A stretch of 64,000 bases of DNA from the human T2T-CHM13v2.0 reference genome, Homo sapiens, in NCBI RefSeq assembly GCF_009914755.1, contig NC_060948.1; one strand, written 5' to 3'. Position numbers and translations under genes: made by a program. The notes beneath the pieces are model-generated. The model was not told where the DNA came from. It saw only the letters and a list, made by a program, of their open reading frames with translations, and did no database searches. This document shows positions 1-12,270 of the stretch, piece by piece; positions within the stretch are counted from its first letter, which is position 1, and each line of letters opens with the position of its first letter.

Positions 1-339
1 CCCATGCCCTAGTCTCTTTTTCAGTATGCTCTGTTAGATATACTCTCCCTTCTTTCAATATGTTTTTGAGTTAACTGTCATATCAGAAATGATCTGAACA
101 ACCGGTTACTACAAAGCATGGAAAGGTGTATTTTATTCATTACAAAATCATAACTCAGAGGTTTCTAAAACAGACTTAGTAAAGAAGATATTTCCAAGGC
201 AGGGTGACTTTTCTGGTGTCCTTCAAGGTTACTTATTTATTTATTGAAAATCAATGGCTTTCAGAAATAGATGTGTTGATCTGTGCTGAGACAATATATC
301 CAAATTCAACTGGAATTGAATTAATGTCAGCAAGGTGCC

Positions 340-465
340 TTAAAAAGAGAAAGAAGGCATTGGATTGGGAAACAGGAGACCTGTGTTCACTACTAGGCCC
401 AATGCTGCCACTTACTAGCTGTATGATCTTGGACAACTCAATGAATCTGTCAAAATATGTTTTCT
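340..465 (+). mobile_element. MIR SINE fragment
   Basis: MIR core-like gcattggattggga..gacctgtgttc..cttactagctgtatgatcttggacaa; boundaries approximate. Confidence 0.6.
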
Positions 466-719
466 GAAGAGTACACCATTAACTAAGGAGCTAAGAAAAC
501 AAATTTTCTGAAGTGCACTGCTACAACAATCTAACAAGTTTGTAAAAGAAGTTGTCTGGCAATACATAGTGAGTTTTGTAATGTCTCAACATCAAATTTC
601 TGTATATAATTGTACTATAGTGATAGCCTATCAAAAATCACGGAACTTCGAGTTGTCTTTTAGAAACAAAACAGCTTAAAGAACAAATAAAGATATTCAT
701 GTAGATTTCCAAAAATTGG

Positions 720-965
720 TTATCCATTCATTCAATAAGTATTAATTTAGTGATCAGTATGCTAGGCCTTGGGGATGTGGCAGTGAAGACAAATATAATA
801 AATATTATATCTGCCCTCAAAGAGATCACTGTCTAAATTGGGAGACAGACAATTATAATAAAGTGTGATAAGTTCTGCAATGATGGTAAGCACAAAGGGG
901 GCCTCTGGAGCACAAAGAAGAGGACAAATCTGTTCTAAACTGGTCTTTTGAAGAGAGAGGTGATT
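720..965 (-). mobile_element. L2 3' fragment
   Basis: cattcattcaataagtatt (reverse complement of the L2 tgaatgaatg tail) followed by degenerate L2 sequence. Confidence 0.55.
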
Positions 966-1022
966 AGGCAAGGCTTTTCCTGCAATAAGTGACTGCTAGG
1001 CCTATAGGATATTCAGGAATAT

Positions 1023-1377
1023 TATCTTAGTCTTATTGGGCTACTGTAACAAAATACCTTTGACTAGATAACTTATAAACAACAGAAATGTATTTCTTAC
1101 AGTTGTAAAGGCTGGGAAGTCCAAGATTAAGGTGTTACCAGTGTCTGGGGGAGTCCGACTTCCTCATAGACAGCACCTTCTCACTGTGTCCTCACATGAT
1201 GGAAGTGCCAAGGCAGGTCTTCGGGGCCTCTTTTATAAGAGAACTAATCCCATTCATGAGGGCTCCACATACATTATTTAGTCACCTCCCAAAGGCCCCA
1301 CCTCCTAATATTATCATATTGGTAGATAGGTTTCAACACAGGAATTTTGGAGAGACACAAATATTCAGACCATAGCA
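1023..1377 (-). mobile_element. MaLR solo LTR (MLT1A-type)
   Basis: cttataaacaacagaaatgtatttcttacagtt..ggctgggaagtccaagat..attcagaccatagca are MLT1A-like motifs. Confidence 0.75.
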
Positions 1378-1439
1378 TTTACCAAATAATTTTTAAAAGT
1401 TAGAACAAAAATCCCTGAAGGGATTTGCAGATGGTTGGA

Positions 1440-1680
1440 TACTGTGGTATAGTGGTTAAAAGTACAAGCTCTGGAGTGAGACAGCCTGAGTCAGCCTGAG
1501 TTAAAATCCTAGATCTGCAAACTGCCAACTGTGTAACCTTGGACAAGTTACTTAAGGTCTTTGGACCTTGGTTTCTCATTTTAAAAATCAGTATAATTCA
1601 TTAATATGCCTCATAGGTTTGTTGTGAGAATTAAATAGGTTAAAACATGTAAAATTCATAGAACAGCACCTGGCAAAGAG
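1440..1680 (+). mobile_element. MIR SINE
   Basis: gtggtatagtggttaaaag..tgtgtaaccttggacaagttactt..gttgtgagaattaaat. Confidence 0.75.
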
Positions 1681-3699
1681 TAAACATGTCACCCTGCCCA
1701 CTTGAATGTCAATTCCAGGAGCGCAGGAAATCTAGCTGTTGAATTACTAGCCTTTAGTGAGTGGCCCATAGCAGGCATGGTTGAATGAATGAATGATCAT
1801 CAATTTAACTTTTTTTGTCATGGGTATCATCCTAAGAGGTAAGAAGGCTGAATAATCCCAATTGTTTTCATTGTTGCCTTAATATAGGCCCACAGAGTAA
1901 AGGAGGGAAAGGAATTAGGCAACCCAGCTATTCAACTTTAAAGCTAGACTTTAAAACATAAAAGGGCTTCAAATTGAAATCATCTCTTGCCTCTCCTATG
2001 GGTTACATTAGAGCAAGAACAATTTCTTAACATTCATAGCTACTATTCATGGGGTGCTTGCTATATGCCAGAGAGGTTAATTGAATTGCCTCAAGGGAGG
2101 TAGCTCCCAGGTTGAGGAGCAAAAATTTGAACCCTGATCTATTTGACCTGAATCTAGTTAGTACAGTGCTTGACACATAGTTAATGTGCAATAAATATTT
2201 GTTGAATAAGTGTAGATGAACCTACAGTGAATCACAAAAGAGAATTTACAGGAGATTTCCTGACTAGAAATTCCAAATGGGAAAAGAGAGCTGGATTTGT
2301 TTAGAAATTACACACACGCACATACACAGGCATGCACGCATGCACACACACATATACCTACATACATGTCATCACAACTGTTTGGAGCACCTTAAACACA
2401 TACATACACACAGGAGCATGCAGACCCACACAGCCGTACTTTTTTAAATCTCATTATTTCTTTTGTCTTCTTAACACATCTGAGAGAGGGTAAATGACAG
2501 AGTGTCAGAGGTAGAAAGGACGTTAGCAATTACCTAATCAGATCCCCTCATGTTAATGTAAAAATTGACACTCTAGAGGGGAAGAAAATTGCTAAGGTCA
2601 CACAAGGAGTCAGAATAAGATTAAGAGTCTCAGTTTCCTGACTCACACAGTTTGTTTTACTCTGAACTGTCACCATTTACCATCTCAATTTTATAGATGA
2701 GGTAACCAAAGCATCCTAAGAATGCTGATGGCCAAGCTCCTGCCACTTGTCCATTGAAATAGGACTTGAAATCAGATCTCCTTTATTTTAAATATAAAGC
2801 TGCTGTCATCCAAGTTCTTCTGTCTGGATGCCCAGAAGAAAGATCCTTTCCTATTGAATTAAATAGTGGACTGAGGGTAATTTACAGAAAGCTTTGTCCT
2901 TGGCTTTAAGAGAAAATGTCCAAGGCTGCTTTATTTTCAGTCCCAGGGAGGCTGCATGAAGGCAGGAATCCACAACACCTAGCACAAAGGAAGGTACTCA
3001 ATAAATATTTGTTGTTGAATGCATGCCATGCTAAAGGGAAAGTAGGTTGGGTAATGGTTTCCCAGTGGCAATGGATGGGCTGAAAAAGTGGGAACACATG
3101 AGGAAGAGGTGGGAGGAACCCTTAAACAAAGGAGAAGCTCTTTCTCTTCATCTTATTGAAGCTGCAATCACTCGGCACAGGCTGAGTAGATTGGTAGAAA
3201 TGTGATTGGCAAAGATATTTAAATGAGACCTCCTTAAAATTGTTACTCTCCACCCCACCCCCACGTTCCTTTAAATTTTGTTTCAGTCATTACCCAGGGA
3301 CCGGATACAGAGATTCCTATGGGGAGTTTTAATGGGTCGATTCAATTTCATCTGGATGACGCCACTTCGCCAAGCATTAAGAGCTACAGCTCCGGGAAAG
3401 CCAACGACACGCGGGGGGAGGGGGGAGAGAAAGAAATTATAACGAGGAGCAATAAATCCCTTCTTTCCCATCCTCCCCTATAACCCATTCACAAGACCTC
3501 CAGAAATCATCTACATTCACAAAACGGCCAGCTAGCTAAGCTGAACACACTGCCAACTCACTCCCTGCCCCCACTGCAGATTATATACCAACACACCCTG
3601 AGCCATATAAATAATCACACACTGGCGGTATCTATTGCTCCGTTGAGATACCCTGTGTCTACAACTGCAGTTTCTGCTGCTTCGGTTCATCTGTCAGAT

Positions 3700-3992
3700 T
3701 GGAGGAGAGGGAGACCAAGGTGGAGGCGGAGGCGGAGGCGAAAGAGGAGGGGGAGGAGGTAAAGGAGGAAGAAGGGGAGGAGGGAAAGGGGAGGGCAAGA
3801 GGAGGGGAAGGAAAATACTGGAGGGGGAGGGGGAAGAGAAACAGGAGGAGGAGGAGAAGGGGGAGGAGAAAGAGGCGGAGGAGGAGGAGAAAGAAGAGGA
3901 GGAGGAGAAAGAGGAGGAGGAGGAGAGAGAGGAGGAGGAGGAGAGAGAGGAGGAGGAGGAGAGAGAGGAGGAGGAGGAGAAAGAGGAGGAGG
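3700..3992 (+). repeat. AG-rich polypurine tract with GGA/GAG repeats and ~18-bp units (GAGGAGGAGGAGGAGARA)
   Basis: Read directly; almost free of pyrimidines over ~290 bp. Confidence 0.95.
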
Positions 3993-4107
3993 TGAACAAC
4001 TTACCCTGCTGAGCTTTCTTTGGGAAATACGTCCATCAAGATTTAGATCTGCCTGTAAAATCTATACAAAGTATATGCCACTACAGGTTTGACTCGCCCC
4101 CTCCCCC

Positions 4108-4146
4108 GTTTTTTTGTTTTGTTTTGTTTTGTTTTGTTTTGTTTTG
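4108..4146 (+). repeat. (TTTTG)n microsatellite
   Basis: Read directly. Confidence 0.95.
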
Positions 4147-4179
4147 TGTTTTCTCTGCTGTGTCAAAGAACAAGACAGA

Positions 4180-4343
4180 ACTATCTCTGTTTCTGGCTCC
4201 ACTGCCTGCCAGTGAAGGAGTTTTCATTCAGACTTTCCGAAGAGAGGTGGAGAAACCTAAAGACTGAGGAGAAGAGATCCTTTGAGCCAGATGGGGCATT
4301 AGTTCTTCTGCTTTTCTCAGCATGGATAAACCATTTCCTCAAG
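4180..4343 (+). other. SPRY3: SPRY3 non-coding 5' exon (start approximate)
   Basis: Strong donor AAG|GTAAGC at 4343/4344; this exon plus the last exon to the 18826 polyA signal gives ~9 kb, matching the recalled mRNA size. Confidence 0.7.
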
Positions 4344-4434
4344 GTAAGCCATAGAAATTAGCTCTTTAAAAACCCAGAATTCTTTCTATGCAATGCACAG
4401 ATTGCCATTCATTCCAGCCATCCTGTGCTGTCTC

Positions 4435-4481
4435 TGTGTGCGTGTGTGTGCCCGCGCGCTTGGGCGCGCGCGCGCAAGCGC
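4435..4481. repeat. (GT)/(GC) alternating tract with a 26-bp near-palindrome
   Basis: tgtgtgcgtgtgtgtgcccgcgcgcttgggcgcgcgcgcgcaagcgc. Confidence 0.9.
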
Positions 4482-6833
4482 ATGGATAAAATAAAATGAA
4501 AACCCTTTAAATTATATTTAAATAAATCGGCTCTCGCAGAAAACTATCCACATTGGAAATGTGTAAATCCAAATAGGACTTCAAAATAATATTTTTCTAG
4601 GCGAATGTCAATTTAATTTCTAGCCTGTTAACCTTTAAATGCATTTTGGTACTTGCCTAAACCCCTCAAAACGCAGCCTAACCACCCAAGCTGAGGACAG
4701 AGAGAGAGCCCGTGCTAAGGCCAGTCTGGCTGCCCAGCGGGCATCCTGTCAGCATGGGGCTAGCCTCTGCTATTGGCTCACAAGTCTGGGCTGTGCATCG
4801 TTCAGATTTCATCACATCACCTTGCCCTGGGTAGACATGGCGCAAGCTGACACGGCAGAACCCCCCACTTACATTGAGTCAGAGCAGTGATTTAGAAATC
4901 TCTGTATCCGTGCCTGGGTACGTGTGCACATGTCTCTGTGTGGCATATGGAGATTCTGTCAAAAGTGAGAACCTGTGAGCACGTCTAGTTAGCCAATAGG
5001 CATTTGATAAGACCTAGGGCAATGGTTTACTGCACACTCACTTCCATGAAGCTAATTATAATTATCATTCTTCACCTCTGCATGCTGCAAACCAAGTTGG
5101 ATGAACAGAAAACAGACCTTGAACTCTTAAGCAGAAAATCTATTTTGAAATGGAAACTATTGTTGCTTTTCTGGTAATATTAAAACCTCACTGTATCATG
5201 ATGTGTTATCACATGAATTTGGATATACCAGGTGTTAAATCATGTTCCCAAAAAGTCGGCTGCATTCATAAATACAAATAAGGCACAGGCTAGCCGTTTA
5301 TCCACAATGAAATATTGGTCTTGCTCTCCTTGCCTCTAAACAAACATATACAAAGACATTACTATAACATTCTATATATTTGTCTCTTTGTGTTCTGTTT
5401 TTAGGTCTCTCTAGCTGTGAAACAGTCTAGATAGTGATCTGAGTGACTTAGATTTGAAGATATTTATTAAGAGTTGAGGAGTTGAGTAGTGAGGAAGTAA
5501 AGAACCTAAAGGAAAGGACACTAATTCTTCCTTAAAGACTTTTGAAACAGAGAAATGCAACCAACAAACCCAACATAAAATTTAGAGCATCTGGACAAGA
5601 AAGGCCTTTAAAAACCCTCCTTTTATTTTGCAGATGAAGAAACTGAGGACCAGAACGGAGGTCATTTGCCTACAGCCACGCAGCAAAGTAGAGCTACCAT
5701 TAGGACTAGACCTTAAATTTCTTGTGTCATATAAAAGGATTTGAGTTTTTAAAAAAAAAATCCTACTTCTTAGATGAACAACCAGCTTCTTCTTACAATT
5801 TTCCTCAGGATTAGATGTGAATTCATTTGGTATTACAAATTTTCCCTGTATCATTCATCACTAAAAGACCTATATCTTTTAACATTCAAGGTCTTAAAAC
5901 TGCAAGACTCCCTGGTTTGAAATAAACTGCTATGAGTCTTAATGAAACCATTAAAGTAATGAATAGGACTAGGGTAGCAAAGTGACAAGTTAAGAGTTAA
6001 ATGTGGTGAGAACCTGGCAGCTCCAACAAGATGTATGCGGTAGGAGGGAGGCCCAGTCAGTGGCAGAGAGGTTAGTAATGTAAACTATATACAACTTGGT
6101 ATTTGTAAGGGGGGAGTGCTTTGATAGAGATGCAAATGCTTTTTGCACAGAGAGGGATTTTTAGAGAGCAGACTTTGGAACAGTAGAACTAAGAAAACAT
6201 ATAAAGCCAAAGCAGAAATTCCCCCTATGTTTGCTTTCAGTTATTCTGAGTAGGAGTGTATATAACAGCAGAGCATAGAAAAAAGCAACACACCTAAGAG
6301 CCGTTACACAGTAGGGTACAAAACAGCATTGAACCCGTGAGACTGGGAGAAAACAAGAGCCAGGATCTCCTCTTCCTCACTCCACTCTTCTTTGAAATCA
6401 ACGTTGAGTCATACTGTATCGGAAAGGATTTACCATAGAAATCAGAACTGTCTTGCGGTGTTAGCATAGAAGGGCTTTAGATAGGAAAGTTTTCAACTTT
6501 ATTCTCAACATGGCAGATTTTAGGTTCCAGGGAGAAAATACATTTTCTTTCATTAACAAACATTAGCATTTCTTGAATGGGCTTAGCTTTCTAGTCCCTA
6601 AATTGGCATAAGAAAAGAAATTTTTTTCAGGTTGAACATGGCAAATTCAGGGCTACAGAAAAACTGTTTAGAAAGCTATGAGCACCTGGCCAGAGAGACT
6701 GTGATGGGAGTGGGTTTACAATGCATCATTCATTACTGCAGAGGCACTACGTGACAAAAATCACTAGATCCCATCAATGTGCAGCCAAGACCTGTAATCA
6801 CCTTTGCTCTTATTTAATAATATGTGATGTGTA

Positions 6834-6835
<2 letters not shown>

Positions 6836-6864
<29 letters not shown>
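6836..6864 (+). repeat. (CT)n microsatellite
   Basis: Read directly. Confidence 0.95.
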
Positions 6865-6868
<4 letters not shown>

Positions 6869-9513
6869 GATAGACTATGGAATTGGCCAACTGCACAGTT
6901 TCTTAACTGTTGCTGCTCACAATGAATGGCTCTTTAGTGGGTGGATTTCTGAATCATAAACATTCACGTAGTGGTACTTTTTCATCTAGCCTATGTGCTA
7001 CAGCAGTGTCTTGCCTGTTCCTTTCTCAACATATTTTTCCCTCTTACCTTCCTGTACAGTATCTATTTCAGTTCATCCTGTTAGCCAGATCAGATTCAGC
7101 ATGTCCAGAATGGCAAACAATTTATTGTCATTCAATCCTTAAATCCTACTCAACACTCTGATTTTATTCAGGTCCTACTGTCCACTTACTGCAGGTCTCC
7201 CACATTAGATCCCAGAGTCCATTTGAATAAAAGATTCTACAGAGCAGGAAGAAACCTTCTAAGTTCATCCTGTCAGTTCCCTTACTTGTAGGCAAGACAG
7301 TGCATCATTATTTCAGACTGAAATAATGCCCACAGCTTCTTTTAATCATCCAACCAAGCATCTCAATTTATCAGTCTTGCAGAAATCGAATCAATATTGA
7401 AATACAGCTTTTCAACCTAAACACCATGTACCCTTCTGCTCCCCAGACAGGATCCCCTTTGAACATAATTCTCATTATTGTTTCTGAGTCATTTATATTA
7501 TGACCTAGATTCCTCCCAGATTAGCTTTCAACCTTCTGGGCATGTCCCTGAGGTTCCTAGTGACATCCCTAGAATCCTGTCTTTGGAATCTCACCTGTTT
7601 ATCTCCTGTAACTTTGAGACCTTGTATAACTTCCTTTAAATTATTGCTTCCTGGAATTTTCAATATGTTTTGAATCTAGTTTCCTTTGGGAAATCAATTA
7701 GTCTAAACTGCATTCAGCATGTATATTATTGTTCTTACAGTACAAAGGACTTGCAGGGCTCCACATATTCTTTAGCCGATCAATGGGACATAAATCTATT
7801 TCTCATAAATTTGTCAAAAGACTCCTCCCAGTCCCAAGTTCCTACATCTACATACCCTCCAAGCCAAATGAACAATGTGTCCTTTTTTATTTGGGTGTCT
7901 ACATGAAAGCTGCCAGTTCCTTTCCAATGCTGAGACTATGAATCTATAAAGATACAGCAAAGGTAGAGGTGGCAGGTTGCATGAGCCTTTGAGTGCAAGT
8001 AAATAAAGGAAACATACATTTTGCTTTTGAATGCCCCAATAAGTAAGGGCACATTGCCCACCTTACCCTCAAGGACTTGAAGATGTAGAAGATACGGATG
8101 AAAAGAAATATTTTATAAAATTGTGTAGTTATAGAAAGAAATACAGACCATAATGGCTCAAGGTCCTTCAAGATCACCTTGTTCACATCACATATCCTTC
8201 AGTTTCACATAGATAGTGAAACTGAGGCCCAAAGAAAGCAAGTGATTTGACAAAAGTGACATAAATATTTGAGTCTGAGAGTTTCCATAATATTTATTTG
8301 CATTCTCTTATGCTGCATTTATTTAACACCAAAACAACTAGTTAAAAAGTGAAATTTTTGTCAGACTGGTTCTTTGATGTGATATGCCAAAAAGGTTATT
8401 TGTAACCAAATTAAATCTTTTCAAGTAATGAGCAGATGTAAATTCAGCTTATCAGGTTTGCATGAGGATATAGCCTCAAAAGTCAACTGAGTCTGGTCAT
8501 ATTATTAGCCACTGAGTCCTTTATGAACTGCATCCTTGTTTTTCCTGTTATTGAGCTTTGGGCCCATTTCAGTGTCATGTTTGCTTGCTTATGGAAACGT
8601 AATCAAGCACCATCCTCTCTCACTTGTTCATTTCTATTACTCATTCAAGCTATCCATCACATACAGTAGTGTGAGTAATTGATCTATTTTGAGAAGGCCT
8701 GAAATCTGATGGATCTCAAATATATACTTTATTCATGCTAGTGTTTTGCTACGTCCTAATGCCTCCAGGATGTTTCCTGGATTTGTGTTTAGGTTTCTTC
8801 ATGTACACCTTTTTGACTCTTCAGTCTTCTAGGTGGTGCAATACAGCAGTCTGCTATTTGTACAGTATTTTCCCCATGGTCATCATTATCAGTTCTAGGC
8901 TTGGTAAAATCCTTCAGGGAATGACCAACCACCTCTTCCTGACTGTAGTACAATGGAAATGCAAGCATATGCTTTCTAGACATTCAACTTAGCTTAAATA
9001 TGGTATAAGAATATCACTTTCCTTTAAGAAAGTCAGTTTATTGTGTAAGGTAGTGATAGAGAAAAGAAGTCCAAGCAGATTCTGCTTGGTAAGTCTCATC
9101 AATATGGAGGTGACTTAGGATAGTAATAGGTATAATTACAGATGATTTTTGAAATAATTCAGGACTTGTCTTCTATAGTTCCTTGATCCCCAGTATTACT
9201 CCCACGTGTACAAAAGTTTGATTCTGGAGCCTCCATTCCATTTAAAAAGAATCACTTCCTTAGTAAGTTAAAGCAGCCAGTAAGGTGAAGAGAACTGCAA
9301 GATGATTAGTCTTGGTTTCCTTATACTCTTGGGAAGCCTTTTTTTTTCCTACTACACTGCAGACAGCTTAATTCCTACCTTCTGTGTGTTTGCTGTATCT
9401 CTGCCTTTATTGCATTCTCCTTGCTTGCCTGTATTCACTGAATCAAGTAATGTCCTTTCTTATCTGTTTATTTCTGCTTATCACAAATTCACACTGAAAA
9501 GATAATTTTGATT

Positions 9514-9514
<1 letters not shown>

Positions 9515-9549
<35 letters not shown>
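9515..9549 (+). repeat. (TA)n microsatellite
   Basis: Read directly. Confidence 0.95.
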
Positions 9550-9552
<3 letters not shown>

Positions 9553-10079
9553 CAACTTCTCATGGGAGACTTTTGAGGCTTTCTCTTTTCCTTCAGCATT
9601 GCTTCAGAAAATAGCCTTTGCAGTTAATATTAGGTTCCATTTGTATTAGAATTCTGATGCCCAAGGCTTGGATGTCTCTGCTAGCAAATACCTGAATGAG
9701 CTAGCTGCTCCTGTGAAACTAGGCATTTGATGGAATACAAAAAGAATCAACTATCTGATATTTGTTCCCAAACTTCTTTATAGTCTGGAGGGGATGATGA
9801 GATTTGCCTATAAAGAAGTAAGTGAGGTTAATTACAGAATAAAGGTGTAGCATGAAGATTACTGTAAAGTAATTGAAGGTAGTGGTGGTGATAGGGCCTG
9901 AGCTTTGTTGGTTTCTTGCAAAGTACTTATGCCTGTGTGTTCTCATTTACTGTTTTTATGCCTTCTCTCCTAGGATTTTCTCATGTGCCCTGAAATCCAT
10001 GTAACTACAAGGGCTCCTCTTTATCACCATAAGTGCCACCCTGACTTAAAACCACTCAGAGCTAAAAAATCAAGGCAAA

Positions 10080-10946
10080 ATGGATGCTGCGGTGACAGAT
10101 GATTTTCAACAAATTCTGCCTATTGAACAGCTGCGCTCTACTCATGCTAGCAATGACTACGTGGAACGGCCTCCAGCCCCCTGTAAACAGGCCCTCTCCA
10201 GCCCTTCCCTTATTGTGCAAACCCACAAGTCTGATTGGTCTCTGGCTACCATGCCTACTTCTCTCCCCCGCAGTCTCAGCCAGTGCCATCAACTGCAGCC
10301 CTTGCCTCAGCATCTGAGCCAATCTAGCATTGCCAGCTCAATGTCCCATAGCACCACTGCCTCTGATCAAAGGCTCTTGGCCAGCATTACACCCTCACCT
10401 TCAGGCCAATCCATCATCCGAACCCAACCTGGAGCAGGGGTCCACCCAAAGGCTGATGGTGCTCTGAAGGGAGAAGCTGAGCAATCTGCAGGGCACCCTA
10501 GTGAGCACCTCTTCATCTGTGAGGAATGTGGGCGCTGCAAGTGCGTCCCCTGCACAGCAGCTCGCCCTCTCCCCTCCTGCTGGCTGTGCAACCAGCGCTG
10601 CCTTTGCTCTGCTGAGAGCCTCCTCGATTATGGCACTTGTCTCTGCTGTGTCAAGGGCCTCTTCTACCACTGCTCCACTGATGATGAAGACAACTGTGCT
10701 GATGAGCCCTGCTCTTGTGGGCCTAGTTCTTGCTTTGTCCGCTGGGCAGCCATGAGCCTCATCTCCCTCTTCCTACCCTGCCTGTGCTGCTACCTGCCTA
10801 CCCGTGGATGCCTCCATCTGTGCCAACAGGGCTATGATAGCCTCCGGCGACCAGGCTGCCGCTGCAAGAGGCACACCAACACTGTGTGCAGAAAGATCTC
10901 TTCTGGTAGTGCACCCTTCCCCAAGGCCCAGGAAAAGTCTGTATGA
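10080..10946 (+). CDS. SPRY3: Sprouty RTK signaling antagonist 3, 288 aa
   Basis: Cbl-TKB motif SNDYVERP (Tyr27), Ser-rich region, and Cys-rich Sprouty domain (CEECGRCKC..GTCLCCVKGLFYHC..CADEPCSC..RW..LPCLCCYLP..RPGCRCK); matches human SPRY3 as recalled. Confidence 0.98.
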   Translation: MDAAVTDDFQQILPIEQLRSTHASNDYVERPPAPCKQALSSPSLIVQTHKSDWSLATMPTSLPRSLSQCHQLQPLPQHLSQSSIASSMSHSTTASDQRLLASITPSPSGQSIIRTQPGAGVHPKADGALKGEAEQSAGHPSEHLFICEECGRCKCVPCTAARPLPSCWLCNQRCLCSAESLLDYGTCLCCVKGLFYHCSTDDEDNCADEPCSCGPSSCFVRWAAMSLISLFLPCLCCYLPTRGCLHLCQQGYDSLRRPGCRCKRHTNTVCRKISSGSAPFPKAQEKSV

Positions 10947-12089
10947 CCTTCCAACAAGGTGGATCCAGAGCTTTTCTCCTTCGAGTCCCCAACAGCAAAG
11001 CATAGGCCTCATCTTTGGAGAGGGGGAGGAGTGATAAACTAGCCAAAGTTAGGGCCTCTCTTTTGTTCCTGCAGTGTCAGGGGAATGACCAAGTACATCC
11101 TGGTGCAGGATGCCTTGTTCTTTCTCACAGTATCTATCCCACTCCTCTTCAGTCTTTACACCCTGCCAGCTCAGCCTTTATGGTTGTCATGGCAAATTCA
11201 GGTGATATATGGGTATGAGGTTTGAACACTGAGGACTGACAGGGCCAGCAACGTGGAGGTTTAGGGGCTCCCCAATGTAATACCTCTCGATGCAGGCTCT
11301 GATCGTCACTCTGTTTTCTGCTGTGCCTTTGGAAGCTTTCTTCTAAGATGGTTTTCACAGGTACATGTGGAACAGCGTTCAACCTTCCAGGGAATACGAC
11401 CCCTTCTCCCTGTTACTGCCCTTCTCTTCTTTATTCCTCTCTCCTCTTTCATTATTCTGTTCTGTATTCCTTTCCCCTTCATTCTCACCCTGTCTGCTTT
11501 TACTTTTTCTCTTTCTTCCTCCCTTTCTCCTTCTCCCCTCCTTCTTTTTCAGACTGATCCTTTCTCTGCCTGTATTTCTATCTCATTTGATCTATATTTG
11601 TCTCTCTCTACCTGTCCCTTTTTCTCTAACATGTCCAAAAGTGCTGTTTTTCCATAGATGTTTCCTTAGATGCCAAACTTTGCTATGCTATACTATTTAC
11701 TAATTTTTATTAAGGGAAATGGATTACTGTAATGAACTGATCACTAGCAATAGTGTGTATCCCGATGTGTGTGTGTGCTCACAACCACTCTCACCTGTTT
11801 GTGAGCGCATGAGGCGAAGTTATCTTATATTTCCAGGTTTAACTAGTTGGAGTTTTTCTCCCTTTCTCAATAATCAACTTATAGTGCTGACAGATTCCAC
11901 TAGCATGCTGAGTAGGATAGTAAATCAGGATGCTCATAACTTTGTATGTCTGACCCAAGTGCCAAAGGCAGACGTGCTTTATAGCTAAATGAACAAAGCA
12001 AAGGATACAGAGGTATGTTCTCTCTTAGAAGCTAACTTCCCTGAGACTGCATGGCTCAGGCGTTAATAATGGACATAAAAAGTCATAAA

Positions 12090-12270
12090 ACGTTAGAGCT
12101 GGAAGGAATCTTAACTATTAATCTAGTTCAATGCCCTTATTTTACAGATGGGAAAACTGAGGCCTGGAGGTAGGAAGGGACTTGCCCCCAAGGCCGCACA
12201 CTGAGTTAACAGCAGAATTGAGACTGGAATATAGGCCTTCTGACTCCTAGTTCAGTATTCTTACCCCTGT
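12090..12270 (-). mobile_element. MIR in the 3'UTR
   Basis: attttacagatgggaaaactgaggc..gacttgcccccaaggccgcac. Confidence 0.7.

Larger units (their letters stand above)
3280..4180 (+). promoter_or_regulatory. SPRY3: SPRY3 PAR2-linked promoter region
   Basis: Unique, CpG-containing sequence upstream of the non-coding exon; CRE-like TGACGCCA at 3357-3364; TATA-like catataaata near 3604; contains the AG-rich repeat reported for this promoter. Confidence 0.6.
4344..9973 (+). other. SPRY3: SPRY3 intron
   Basis: GT at 4344; polypyrimidine tract ccttctctcctag ending at 9973. Confidence 0.75.

Noticed and set aside
3694-3999. Arg/Glu-rich and Ser/Pro-rich ORFs on both strands
   Set aside because: Translation artefacts of the AG-rich repeat, which cannot contain stops
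4320-4490. GCATGGATAAA repeated at 4320 and 4480 around the splice donor
   Set aside because: An 11-bp match; the enclosed sequence is not a mobile element, so it is not a credible TSD
10062-11046. Alternative-frame and antisense ORFs over the SPRY3 CDS
   Set aside because: Shadow ORFs of a GC-rich coding region with no recognisable motifs
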